Source: Eledone cirrhosa (lineage: Eukaryota). From it: DNA of 64,000 bases. The stretch lies in NCBI GenBank assembly GCA_964016885.1, contig OZ024746.1:95480001-95544000 (forward strand), in the 5' to 3' direction. Position numbers and translations under genes: made by a program. Shown here in pieces: positions 50,301 to 64,000 of the stretch. The notes below the pieces were generated by a model that was not told where the DNA came from, did no database searches, and was given only the letters and a program-made list of their open reading frames with translations. Numbering within the stretch: the first letter of the stretch is position 1; each line of letters begins with the position of its first letter.

Positions 50301-51934
50301 ACAGTGTGTGTGTGTGTAAATATATACGGGGCAATGACCAACAACCTCTCTAGTGTTGGAGCCCTGAAAATGCACTGGTTAGCAATGAGGCAGGCATTCT
50401 GCTGTAGAAACCATGCCTAAAAGGGTTGAAAGGACCCTTCAGGTGTGTCAAAGACATGACAACCTCTCTAGGTTGGTGACACGATAAAATGCACTCAATA
50501 GAACTTAGAACTATATATATAAACAAGATGTAGACTCTTGGCCTGTCTGGGAGGTCAGTAGCCCTACATCTGTACTGACTCAGTCAGTGAAGACCTGTCC
50601 AACGCATGCTAGCAGAAAAGCAGACGTTAAATCATAATGATGATGATGATTTATTGAAGAATCTAGCTGATTTAAAATTTGAAATGATGTTATCCAAACA
50701 AAGAATCACTACATTGATTTCAGACAGCTCTATTGGTCACTAATGACCCTGGTTTTTCACCTAGAAAGTTTCCCTCCAAGTTTTCACCTAGAAAGTTCCC
50801 CGGGCAAGGTTTGTTTGTGGAAGACCAGTAGCCACCCATTCATACCAGTCTCCCCTCTGCACACCACCGGTGTTGTCCAAGGGAAAGGCAATGGCTGATA
50901 TAGCTTGACACCAGTGACATCACAACCCATTTCTACAGCTGAGTAAACAGGCGCAACATAAAATAAAGTCTCTTGCTCAAGGACACAACACATCCCCCGG
51001 TCCGAGAATCGAACTCACAACCTCTCAATTATAAGCCCAATGCTCTAATCACTAAGCCATGTGCCTTCACTACATTGATAATATCATTAAAAAATTCAGG
51101 TAAAAAAAACCCTTAGGGACGGAAAATAAGGGGCAAGCAGCCACTACAGACAATCAAACTCTGTATCTCTTGAATACTGACCAAGTGTGTTACCATAACA
51201 CCAAATGGCATCTGACAACAGTTTCTGTCCAAATTAGAAACTATATATATATGATAGCGTTAGTGGCTTTTCATTTGGATATCAATATTTCAAATAGTAT
51301 ATATATATACCATATATAATTCAGTGAAGGCGTGTGGCTGAATGGTTAGAGAATTGGATTCACAATGGTGAGGTTGTGAGCTTGATTCCCAGACCAGACA
51401 ATGCATTATGTCCTCGAGCAAGACACTTTATTTCATGTTGCTCCTTCTGTCTGGATTTGCAACCGATAGATAGTATTAGCAATTGGAAAGACCAATGGAA
51501 ACCTTGTGTCTTTTGTCCGATTTTATGAGCGCCACCCCACTAATTAAAAGAATGAGGTCTGGGATCTTGTTGATCAACCGTTATATATATTTGAATATAA
51601 GCTGAGAAATGGGGAAAAATTCCAAACCCTGTGTATAAGCCATATTTAGATGGTATGGTTTTGAGATTCTCATGCGTATAAAATTTATTTATGAAGTTTT
51701 AATATTTTGATGTTTAAAATATTTTAAGCATCGTTTAGAATATAGTTTTTTTTTGTTTTACAACTGCATAACTGCATTACATAATGCTTTTTTGCTCATT
51801 TCATTCGTTTCATAGTTTAAACAGGTTTCTCAAATTTGTGTTTAATTCTGGCCACTCACATGCTGTGAGCAGTTGAAAGCAAGGGATCAAAACGATAATA
51901 TTGTATAGGGATTCATAGAGTAGAAGAGGGAAGG

Positions 51935-52714
51935 AAAGACAGCAAGTGAGAAAAAGGGCGAGGGAGTGACAGCAAGTGAAAGAGAGGACAAGACCAAGGG
52001 AGGAAGTGACAGCAAGTGAAAGAGAGGACAAGACCAAGGGAGGGAGTGACATCAAGTGAAAGAGAGGACAAGACCAAGGGAGGAAGTGACAGCAAGTGAA
52101 AGAGAGGACAAGACCAAGGGAGGGAGTGACATCAAGTGAAAGAGAGGACAAGACCAAGGGAGGGAGTGACATCAAGTGAAAGAGAGGACAAGACCAAGGG
52201 AGGGAGTGACATCAAGTGAAAGAGAGGACAAGACCAAGGGAGGGAGTGACATCAAGTGAAAGAGAGGACAAGACCAAGGGAGGGAGTGACATCAAGTGAA
52301 AGAGAGGACAAGACCAAGGGAGGGAGTGACAGCAAGTGAAAGAGAGGACAAGACCAAGGGAGGGAGTGACATCAAGTGAAAGAGAGGACAAGACCAAGGG
52401 AGGGAGTGACATCAAGTGAAAGAGAGGACAAGACCAAGGGAGGGTGTGACATCAAGTGAAAGAGAGGACAAGACCAAGGGAGGGAGTGACATCAAGTGAA
52501 AGAGAGGACAAGACCAAGGGAGGGAGTGACAGCAAGTGAAAGAGAGGACAAGACCAAGGGAGGGAGTGACAGCAAGTGAAAGAGAGGACAAGACTAAGGG
52601 AGGGAGTGACAGCAAGTGAAAGAGAGGACAAGACCAAGGGAGGGAGTGACAGCAAGTGAAAGAGAGGACAAGACTAAGGGAGGGAGTGACATCAAGTGAA
52701 AGAGAGGACAAGAC
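51935..52714. repeat. 40-bp purine-rich minisatellite (about 19 copies)
   Basis: Unit atcaagtgaaagagaggacaagaccaagggagggagtgac. Confidence 0.95.
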
Positions 52715-55700
52715 TGTATTTTCACAGTAAAGGCTTTACCTCACATAACATTTACATGACTCTATATATACTATTGTATTTTCACAGTAAAGGCTTTACC
52801 CCACATAACATTTACATGACTCTATATATACTATTGTATTTTCACAGTAAAGGCTTTACTTCACATAACATTTACATTACTCTATATATACTATTGTATT
52901 TTCACAGTAAAGGCTTTACCTCACATAATATCTCACATAACATTTACATTACTCTATATATACTATTGTATTTTCACAGTAAAGGCTTTACCTCACATAA
53001 CATTTACATGACTCTATATATACTATTGTATTTTCACAGTAAAGGCTTTACCCCACATAACATTTACATGACTCTATATATACTATTGTATTTTCACAGT
53101 AAAGGCTTTACCTCACATAACATTTACATTACTCTATATATACTATTGTATTTTCACAGTAAAGGCTTTACCTCACATAACATTTACATTACTCTATATA
53201 TACTATTGTATTTTCACAGTAAAGGCTTTACCCCACATATCATTTACATGACTCTATATATACTATTGTATTTTCACAGTAAAGGCTTTACCTCACATAA
53301 CATTTACATGACTCTATATATACTATTGTATTTTCACAGTAAAGGCTTTACCTCACATAACATTTACATGACTCTATATATACTATTGTATTTTCACAGT
53401 AAAGGCTTTACCTCACATAACATTTACATGACTCTATATATACTATTGTATTTTCACAGTAAAGGCTTTACTTCACATAACATTTACATTACTCTATATA
53501 TACTATTGTATTTTCACAGTAAAGGCTTTACCTCACATAACATTTACATTATTCTATATATACTATTGTATTTTCACAGTAAACGCTTTACGTCACATAA
53601 CATTTACATGACTCTATATATACTATGGTATTTTCACAGTAAAGGCTTTACCTCACATAACATTTATATGACTCTATATATACTATTGTATTTTCACAGT
53701 AAAGGCTTTACTTCACATAACATTTACATTACTCTATATATACTATTGTATTTTCACAGTAAAGGCTTTATATCACATAACATTTACATTACTCTATATA
53801 TACTATTGTATTTTCACAGTAAAGGCTTTACCTCACATAATATCTCACATAACATTTACATTACTCTATATATACTATTGTATTTTCACAGTAAAGGCTT
53901 TACCTCACATAACATTTACATTATTCTATATATACTATTGTATTTTAACAGTAAAGGCTTTACTTCACAGAACATTTACATTACTCTATATATACTATTG
54001 TATTTTCAAAGTAAAGGCTTTACTTCACATAACATTTACATTACTCTATATATACTATTGTATTTTCACAGTAAAGGCTTTACTTCACATAACATTTACA
54101 TTACTCTATATATACTATTGTATTTTCACAGTAAAGGCTTTACTTCACATAACATTTACATTACTCTATATATACTATTGTATTTTCACAGTAAAGGATT
54201 TACTTCACATAACATTTACATTACTCTATATATACTATTGTATTTTCATAGTAAAGGCTTTACCTCACATAACATTTACATTACTCTATATATACTATTG
54301 TATTTTCACAGTAAAGGCTTTACTTCACATAACATTTACATTACTCTATATATACTATTGTATTTTCACAGTAAAGGCTTTACTTCACATAACATTTACA
54401 TGACTCTATATATATACTATTGTATTTTCACAGTAAAGGCTTTACCTCACATAACATTTACATGACTCTATATATACTATTGTATTTTAACAGTAAAGGC
54501 TTTACCTCACATAACATTTACATTGCTCTATATATACTATTGTATTTTCACAGTAAAGGCTTTACCTCACATAACATTTACATGACTCTGTATATACTAT
54601 TGTATTTTCACAGTAAAGGCTTTACCTCACATAACATTTACATGACTCTATATATACTATTGTATTTTCACAGTAAAGGCTTTACTTCACATAACATTTA
54701 CATTACTCTATATATACTATTGTATTTTCACAGTAAAGGCTTTACCTCACTAAACATTTACATTACTCTATATATACTATTGTATTTTAACAGTAAAGGC
54801 TTTACTTCACAGAACATTTACATTACTCTATATATACTATTGTATTTTCACAGTAAAGGCTTTATTTCACATAACATTTACATTACTCTATATATACTAT
54901 TGTATTTTCACAGTAAAGGCTTTACCTCACATAACATTTACATGACTCTATATATACTATTGTATTTTCACAGTAAAGGCTTTACCTCACATAACATTTA
55001 CATGACTCTATATATACTATTGTATTTTCACAGTAAAGGCTTTATATCACATAATATTTACATTACTCTATATATACTATTGTATTTTCACAGTAAAGGC
55101 TTTATATCACATAATATTTACATTACTCTATATATACTATTGTATTTTCACAGTAAAGGCTTTACCTCACATAACATTTACATTACTCTATATATACTAT
55201 TGTATTTTCACAGTAAAGGCTTTACCTCACATAATATTTACATTACTCTATATATACTATTGTATTTTCACAGTAAAGGCTTTATTTCACATAACATTTA
55301 CATGACTCTATATATACTATTGTATTTTCACAGTAAAGGCTTTATATTACATAATATTTACATTACTCTATATATACTATTGTATTTTTACAGTAAAGGC
55401 TTTACCTCACATAACATTTACATTACTCTATATATACTATTGTATTTTCACAGTAAAGGCTTTATTTCACATAACATTTACATGACTCTATATATACTAT
55501 TGTATTTTCACAGTAAAGGCTTTATATCACATAATATTTACATTACTCTATATATACTATTGTATTTTCACAGTAAAGGCTTTACCTCACATAACATTTA
55601 CATGACTCTATATATACTATTGTATTTTCACAGTAAAGGCTTTACCTCACATAACATTTACATGACTCTATATATACTATTGTATTTTCACAGTAAAGGC

Positions 55701-58700
55701 TTTATTTCACATAACATTTACATTACTCTATATATACTATTGTATTTTCACAGTAAAGGCTTTACCTCACATACCATTTACATGACTCTATATATACTAT
55801 TGTATTTTCACAGTAAAGGCTTTACCTCACATACCATTTACATGACTCTATATATACTATTGTATTTTCACAGTAAAGGCTTTACCTCACATAACATTTA
55901 CATTATTCTATATATACTATTGTATTTTCACAGTAAAGGCTTTACTTCACATAATATATCACATAACATTTACATGACTCTGTATATACTATTGTATTTT
56001 CACAGTAAAGGCTTTACTTCACATAACATTTACATTACTCTATATATACTATTGTATTTTCACAGTAAAGGCTTTACTTCACATAACATTTACATTACTC
56101 TATATATACTATTGTATTTTCACAGTAAAGGCTTTACCTCACATAACATTTACATGACTCTATATATACTATTGTATTTTCACAGTAAAGGCTTTACCTC
56201 ACATACCATTTACATGACTCTATATATACTATTGTATTTTCACAGTAAAGGCTTTACCTCACATAACATTTACATGACTCTATATATACTATTGTATTTT
56301 CACAGTAAAGGCTTTATTTCACATAACATTTACATTACTCTATATATACTATTGTATTTTCACAGTAAAGGCTTTACCTCACATACCATTTACATGACTC
56401 TATATATACTATTGTATTTTCACAGTAAAGGCTTTACCTCACATACCATTTACATGACTCTATATATACTATTGTATTTTCACAGTAAAGGCTTTACCTC
56501 ACATAACATTTACATTATTCTATATATACTATTGTATTTTCACAGTAAAGGCTTTACTTCACATAATATATCACATAACATTTACATGACTCTGTATATA
56601 CTATTGTATTTTCACAGTAAAGGCTTTACTTCACATAACATTTACATGACTCTATATATACTATTGTATTTTCACAGTAAAGGCTTTACCTCACATAACA
56701 TTTACATGACTCTATATATACTATTGTATTTTCACAGTAAAGGCTTTACTTCACATAACATTTACATGACTCTATATATACTATTGTATTTTCACAGTAA
56801 AGGCTTTACCTCACATAACATTTACATTACTCTATATATACTATTGTATTTTCACAGTAAAGGCTTTACCTCACATAACATTTACATTACTCTATATATA
56901 CTATTGTATTTTCACAGTAAAGGCTTTACCTCACAACATTTACATGACTCTATATATACTATTGTATTTTCACAGTAAAGGCTTTACCTCACATAACATT
57001 TACATGACTCTATATATACTATTGTATTTTCACAGTAAAGGCTTTACCTCACATAACATTTACATTACTCTATATATACTATTGTATTTTCACAGTAAAG
57101 GCTTTACCTCACAACATTTACATGACTCTATATATACTATTGTATTTTCACAGTAAAGGCTTTACCTCACATAACATTTACATGACTCTATATATACTAT
57201 TGTATTTTCACAGTAAAGGCTTTACCTCACATAACATTTACATGACTCTATATATACTATTGTATTTTCACAGTAAAGGCTTTACCTCACATAACATTTA
57301 CATTACTCTATATATACTATTGTATTTTCACAGTAAAGGCTTTACCTCACAACATTTACATGACTCTATATATACTATTGTATTTTCACAGTAAAGGCTT
57401 TACCTCACATAACATTTACATGACTCTATATATACTATTGTATTTTCACAGTAAAGGCTTTACCTCACATAACATTTACATGACTCTATATATACTATTG
57501 TATTTTCACAGTAAAGGCTTTACCTCACATAACATTTACATGACTCTATATATACTATTGTATTTTCACAGTAAAGGCTTTACTTCACATAACATTTACA
57601 TGACTCTATATATACTATTGTATTTTCACAGTAAAGGCTTTACCTCACATAACATTTACATGACTCTATATATACTATTGTATTTTCACAGTAAAGGCTT
57701 TACTTCACATAACATTTACATGACTCTATATATACTATTGTATTTTCACAGTAAAGGCTTTACCTCACATAACATTTACATTACTCTATATATACTATTG
57801 TATTTTCACAGTAAAGGCTTTACCTCACAACATTTACATGACTCTATATATACTATTGTATTTTCACAGTAAAGGCTTTACCTCACATAACATTTACATG
57901 ACTCTATATATACTATTGTATTTTCACAGTAAAGGCTTTACCTCACATAACATTTACATTACTCTATATATACTATTGTATTTTCACAGTAAAGGCTTTA
58001 CCTCACAACATTTACATGACTCTATATATACTATTGTATTTTCACAGTAAAGGCTTTACCTCACATAACATTTACATGACTCTATATATACTATTGTATT
58101 TTCACAGTAAAGGCTTTACCTCACATAACATTTACATGACTCTATATATACTATTGTATTTTCACAGTAAAGGCTTTACCTCACATAACATTTACATTAC
58201 TCTATATATACTATTGTATTTTCACAGTAAAGGCTTTACCTCACAACATTTACATGACTCTATATATACTATTGTATTTTCACAGTAAAGGCTTTACCTC
58301 ACATAACATTTACATGACTCTATATATACTATTGTATTTTCACAGTAAAGGCTTTACCTCACATAACATTTACATGACTCTATATATACTATTGTATTTT
58401 CACAGTAAAGGCTTTACCTCACATAACATTTACATGACTCTATATATACTATTGTATTTTCACAGTAAAGGCTTTACTTCACATAACATTTACATGACTC
58501 TATATATACTATTGTATTTTCACAGTAAAGGCTTTACCTCACATAACATTTACATGACTCTATATATACTATTGTATTTTCACAGTAAAGGCTTTACTTC
58601 ACATAACATTTACATGACTCTATATATACTATTGTATTTTCACAGTAAAGGCTTTACCTCACATAACATTTACATGACTCTATATATACTATTGTATTTT

Positions 58701-61414
58701 CACAGTAAAGGCTTTACTTCACATAACATTTACATGACTCTATATATACTATTGTATTTTCACAGTAAAGGCTTTACCTCACATAACATTTACATTACTC
58801 TATATATACTATTGTATTTTCACAGTAAAGGCTTTACTTCACATAACATTTACATGACTCTATATATACTATTGTATTTTCACAGTAAAGGCTTTACCTC
58901 ACAACATTTACATGACTCTATATATACTATTGTATTTTCACAGTAAAGGCTTTACTTCACATAACATTTACATGACTCTATATATACTATTGTATTTTCA
59001 CAGTAAAGGCTTTACCTCACAACATTTACATGACTCTATATATACTATTGTATTTTCACAGTAAAGGCTTTACTTCACATAACATTTACATGACTCTATA
59101 TATACTATTGTATTTTCACAGTAAAGGCTTTACCTCACAACATTTACATGACTCTATATATACTATTGTATTTTCACAGTAAAGGCTTTACTTCACATAA
59201 CATTTACATGACTCTATATATACTATTGTATTTTCACAGTAAAGGCTTTACCTCACAACATTTACATGACTCTATATATACTATTGTATTTTCACAGTAA
59301 AGGCTTTACTTCACATAACATTTACATGACTCTATATATACTATTGTATTTTCACAGTAAAGGCTTTACCTCACAACATTTACATGACTCTATATATACT
59401 ATTGTATTTTCACAGTAAAGGCTTTACTTCACATAACATTTACATGACTCTATATATACTATTGTATTTTCACAGTAAAGGCTTTACCTCACAACATTTA
59501 CATGACTCTATATATACTATTGTATTTTCACAGTAAAGGCTTTACTTCACATAACATTTACATGACTCTATATATACTATTGTATTTTCACAGTAAAGGC
59601 TTTACTTCACATAACATTTACATGACTCTATATATACTATTGTATTTTCACAGTAAAGGCTTTACTTCACATAACATTTACATGACTCTATATATACTAT
59701 TGTATTTTCACAGTAAAGGCTTTACTTCACATAACATTTACATGACTCTATATATACTATTGTATTTTCACAGTAAAGGCTTTACTTCACATAACATTTA
59801 CATGACTCTATATATACTATTGTATTTTCACAGTAAAGGCTTTACTTCACATAACATTTACATGACTCTATATATACTATTGTATTTTCACAGTAAAGGC
59901 TTTACTTCACATAACATTTACATGACTCTATATATACTATTGTATTTTCACAGTAAAGGCTTTACTTCACATAACATTTACATTACTCTATATATACTAT
60001 TGTATTTTCACAGTAAAGGCTTTATTTCACATAACATTTACATTATTCTATATATACTATTGTATTTTCACAGTAAAGGCTTTACTTCACATAACATTTA
60101 CATTATTCTATATATACTATTGTATTTTCACAGTAAAGGCTTTACTTCACATAACATTTACATTATTCTATATATACTATTGTATTTTCACAGTAAAGGC
60201 TTTACTTCACATAACATTTACATTATTCTATATATACTATTGTATTTTCACAGTAAAGGCTTTACCTCACATAACATTTACATTACTCTATATATACTAT
60301 TGTATTTTCACAGTAAAGGCTTTACCTCACATAACATTTACATTACTCTATATATACTATTGTATTTTCACAGTAAAGGCTTTACCTCACATAACATTTA
60401 CATTACTCTATATATACTATTGTATTTTCACAGTAAAGGCTTTACTTCACATAACATTTACATGACTCTATATATACTATTGTATTTTCACAGTAAAGGC
60501 TTTACCTCACATAACATTTACATTACTCTATATATACTATTGTATTTTCACAGTAAAGGCTTTACCTCACATAACATTTACATTACTCTATATATACTAT
60601 TGTATTTTCACAGTAAAGGCTTTACCTCACATAACATTTACATTACTCTATATATACTATTGTATTTTCACAGTAAAGGCTTTACCTCACATAACAATTA
60701 CATTACTCTATATATACTATTGTATTTTCACAGTAAAGGCTTTACCTCACATAACAATTACATTACTCTATATATACTATTGTATTTTCACAGTAAAGGC
60801 TTTACCTCACATAACATTTACATTACTCTATATATACTATTGTATTTTCACAGTAAAGGCTTTACCTCACATAACATTTACATTACTCTATATATACTAT
60901 TGTATTTTCACAGTAAAGGCTTTACCTCACATACCATTTACATTACTCTATATATACTATGGTATTTTCACAGTAAAGGCTTTACCTCACATAACATTTA
61001 CATGACTCTATATATACTATTGTATTTTCACAGTAAAGGCTTTACCTCACATAACATTTACATTACTCTATATATACTATTGTATTTTCACAGTAAAGGC
61101 TTTACCTCACATAACATTTACATTACTCTATATATACTATTGTATTTTCACAGTAAAGGCTTTACCTCACATACCATTTACATTACTCTATATATACTAT
61201 GGTATTTTCACAGTAAAGGCTTTACCTCACATAACATTTACATGACTCTATATATACTATTGTATTTTCACAGTAAAGGCTTTACCTCACATAACAATTA
61301 CATTACTCTATATATACTATTGTATTTTCACAGTAAAGGCTTTACCTCACATAACATTTACATTACTCTATATATACTATTGTATTTTCACAGTAAAGGC
61401 TTTATTTCACATAA
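52715..61414. repeat. 60-bp satellite (about 145 copies) derived from the piggyBac-like family-1 MITE
   Basis: Unit catttacattactctatatatactattgtattttcacagtaaaggctttacctcacataa matches MITE positions ~9-69. Confidence 0.97.
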
Positions 61415-61551
61415 TATCGAATCTATGAGATCTTGATATTATTTATGAGAACAATACCTTAAAATCAGTATGAGTGGCCAGTTACAGCCGGTTGGAACTG
61501 AAAGAGGTGAGAGATTCCTGGCCGGATATAGCCAGTTTAAATGGTAAAGAG
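61415..61551. mobile_element. Right part of a family-1 MITE terminating the satellite
   Basis: tatcgaatctatgagat...gtttaaatggtaaagag|TTAA, colinear with the dispersed MITE copies. Confidence 0.9.
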
Positions 61552-62444
61552 TTAAGTCAGTGAAAAACAGTCAGCGCCTGTGTGCATGTATGTGTGTGCC
61601 TGCATGCATGTATGTGTGTGTGTGCCTGCATGTAAGTGTTTGTGCATGTGTTCATACATGTGTGCATTAAAAAGTTTAAATTATAAAAATTTGTTGGAAC
61701 ATTTTCAAGGGAATAACATGTATTAAATGTAGAAAAACAATGTTTCGTTGTAAAATAATCATTCCAGATATTTTAGTACCTTATTTACAAAGAATTTGAA
61801 GTTGGTGAAAATCAGTAAAATGTTGACCTTGAATATAAGTTGACCCTCTGATTTTATCATCGATTTTGTTTGTCCCCTATTTTTTCAGCTTATATATGAG
61901 TATATAAATATATATAATGACAGTCGATTGACAAAGTCACAAACATCATTCACTTAATGAGTGGAATGGAGCTCGTTCAATCGGACCGAGGAAACAATGT
62001 TTCCATTGGTCTTTCCAATTGCTAATTCTATCTGTCGGTTGCATATCCAGGCAGAAGTATATATATATATATATTCAAAATAGAGGGTGCACAGGATAAA
62101 GACAATGGAAAAATGGCCAATCCCATCTCTTCAGCCAACCTCTGGAAATCAATACAGTTTCAGTATATTAAACTTGATACCTTCATTCTCATGCACATAA
62201 CATTCATATATTCAGCTATTTGTTATTGATTAACCCATTTTTAGTTTTCCGGTTGCAAGTATGATCAATAAAAGACTTGTGTAAGCAGGATTGAGCACTC
62301 AACGTCGAATAGCTTTCTTTGTTATGATATTATCATGTAGATGTGTGTATGATGTAGTGTTGATATATTAGTGTATGTGTGAGTGTTAGTGTATATACAC
62401 ACATACACTCTTATACTTACATATACACACACACACACACACAT

Positions 62445-64000
62445 ATCTCTCCCACACCACCGTCTCTCCCACACGACCCTGCCACCACTGTCTCTCTCCC
62501 ACACCACCACATCACCACTGGCTCTCACCCACACCACCCTACCACGACTGTCTCTCTCCCACAACACCCTACCACCACTGTCTCTCTCCCACAACACCCT
62601 ACCACCACTGTCTCTCTCCCACAACACCCTACCACCACTGGCTCTCACCCACACCACCCTACCACCACTGGCTCTCACCCACACCACCATACCACCACTG
62701 TCTCTCTCCCACACCACCCTACCACCACTGTCTCTCTCCCACAACACCCTACCACCACTGTCTCTCTTCCACAACACCCTACCACGACTGTCTCTCTCCC
62801 ACAACACCCTACCACCACTGTCTCTCTCCCACAACACCCTACCACCACTGTCTCTCTTCCACACCACCCTACCACCACTGTCTCTCTTCCACACCACCCT
62901 ACCACCACTGTCTCTCTCCCACAACACCCTACCACCACTGTCTCTCTCCCACACCACCCTACCACCACCGTCTCTCTTCCACAACACCCTACCACGACTG
63001 TCTCTCTCCCACAACACCCTACCACCACTGTCTCTCTCCCACAACACCCTACCACCACTGTCTCTCTCCCACAACACCCTACCACCACTGTCTCTCTTCC
63101 ACACCACCCTACCACCACTGTCTCTCTTCCACACCACCCTACCACCACTGTCTCTCTCCCACAACACCCTACCACCACTGGCTCTCACCCACACCACCCT
63201 ACCACCACTGGCTCTCACCCACACCACCCTACCACCACTGTCTCTCTCCCACAACACCCTACCACCACTGTCTCTCTTCCACACCACCCTACCACCACTG
63301 TCTCTCTCCCACAACACCCTACCACCACTGTCTCTCTTCCACACCACCCTACCACCACTGTCTCTCTCCCACACCACCCTACCACCACTGTCTCTCTCCC
63401 ACACCACCCTACCACCACTGTCTCTCTCCCACACCACCCTACCACCACTGTCTCTCTCCCACACCACCCTACCACCACTGTCTCTCTCCCACACCACCCT
63501 ACCACCACTGTCTCTCTCCCACACCACCCTACCACCAGTCTCTCTCCCACACCACCCTACCACCACTGTCTCTCACCCACAACACCCTACCACCACTGTC
63601 TCTCTCCCACAACACTCTACCACCACTGTCTCTCTCCCACACCACCCTACCACCACTGTCTCTCTCCCACACCACCCTACCACCACTGTCTCTCTCCCAC
63701 ACCACCCTACCACCACTGTCTCTCTCCCACAACACCCTACCACCACTGTCTCTCTCCCACAACACCCTGCCACCACTGTCTCTCTTCCACAACACCCTAC
63801 CACGACTGTCTCTCTCCCACAACACCCTACCACCACTGTCTCTCTTTCACACCACCCTACCACCACTGTCTCTCTCCCACACCACCCTACCACCACTGTC
63901 TCTCTTCCACACCACCCTACCACCACTGTCTCTCTTCCACAACACCCTACCACGACTGTCTCTCTCCCACAACACCCTACCACCACTGTCTCTCTCCCAC
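62445..64000. repeat. 30-bp C-rich minisatellite (over 50 copies, runs off the window)
   Basis: Unit tctctctcccacaccaccctaccaccactg. Confidence 0.97.

Noticed and set aside
51575-51655. Possible hammerhead (also ~61825-61910)
   Set aside because: The core is too degenerate; the tataagc.ga / cagcttata motif fits decayed DNA-transposon TIRs better.
52696-61436. Very long ORFs (589, 852, 644 aa) of repeated TLYILLYFHSKGFTSHNIY
   Set aside because: A 60-bp stop-free monomer gives long ORFs automatically. Frameshifting 2-bp indels were amplified in the array, and the monomer derives from a non-coding MITE.
62322-63986. ORFs with GGRVVWERDS repeats; possible telomeric repeat
   Set aside because: Translation of a 30-bp minisatellite; no (TTAGGG)n array is present.

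Overview
Eukaryotic, AT-rich, repeat-dense genomic DNA. The repeat repertoire suggests an octopod or other coleoid cephalopod, but that is an inference. The only convincing gene is the 5' part of WDR7 (rabconnectin-3 beta) on the minus strand. It has seven in-phase coding exons between 40548 and 7131, a probable non-coding first exon ending at 41465, and continues off the left edge. Introns and the upstream region hold tRNA-derived SINEs; RTE, Tx1, R4 and CRE-type LINE fragments; a maT/Tc1-mariner relic; hAT-like and piggyBac-like MITEs; and several tandem arrays. Four observations stand out. (1) A cluster of fold-back palindromes and (TA)n-flanked elements carries type-I hammerhead ribozyme motifs (Penelope/retrozyme-like); several are in WDR7 sense orientation and several hairpins turn exactly at the CUGANGA box. 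(2) A candidate 51-nt in-frame cassette microexon lies in the 20.8-kb WDR7 intron. (3) An 8.7-kb satellite of 60-bp units arose from part of a piggyBac-like MITE and shows visible higher-order repeats. (4) The WDR7 leader has two upstream ORFs, one of them duplicated in inverted orientation 2.2 kb upstream. The long ORFs in the supplied track are satellite or microsatellite artefacts.
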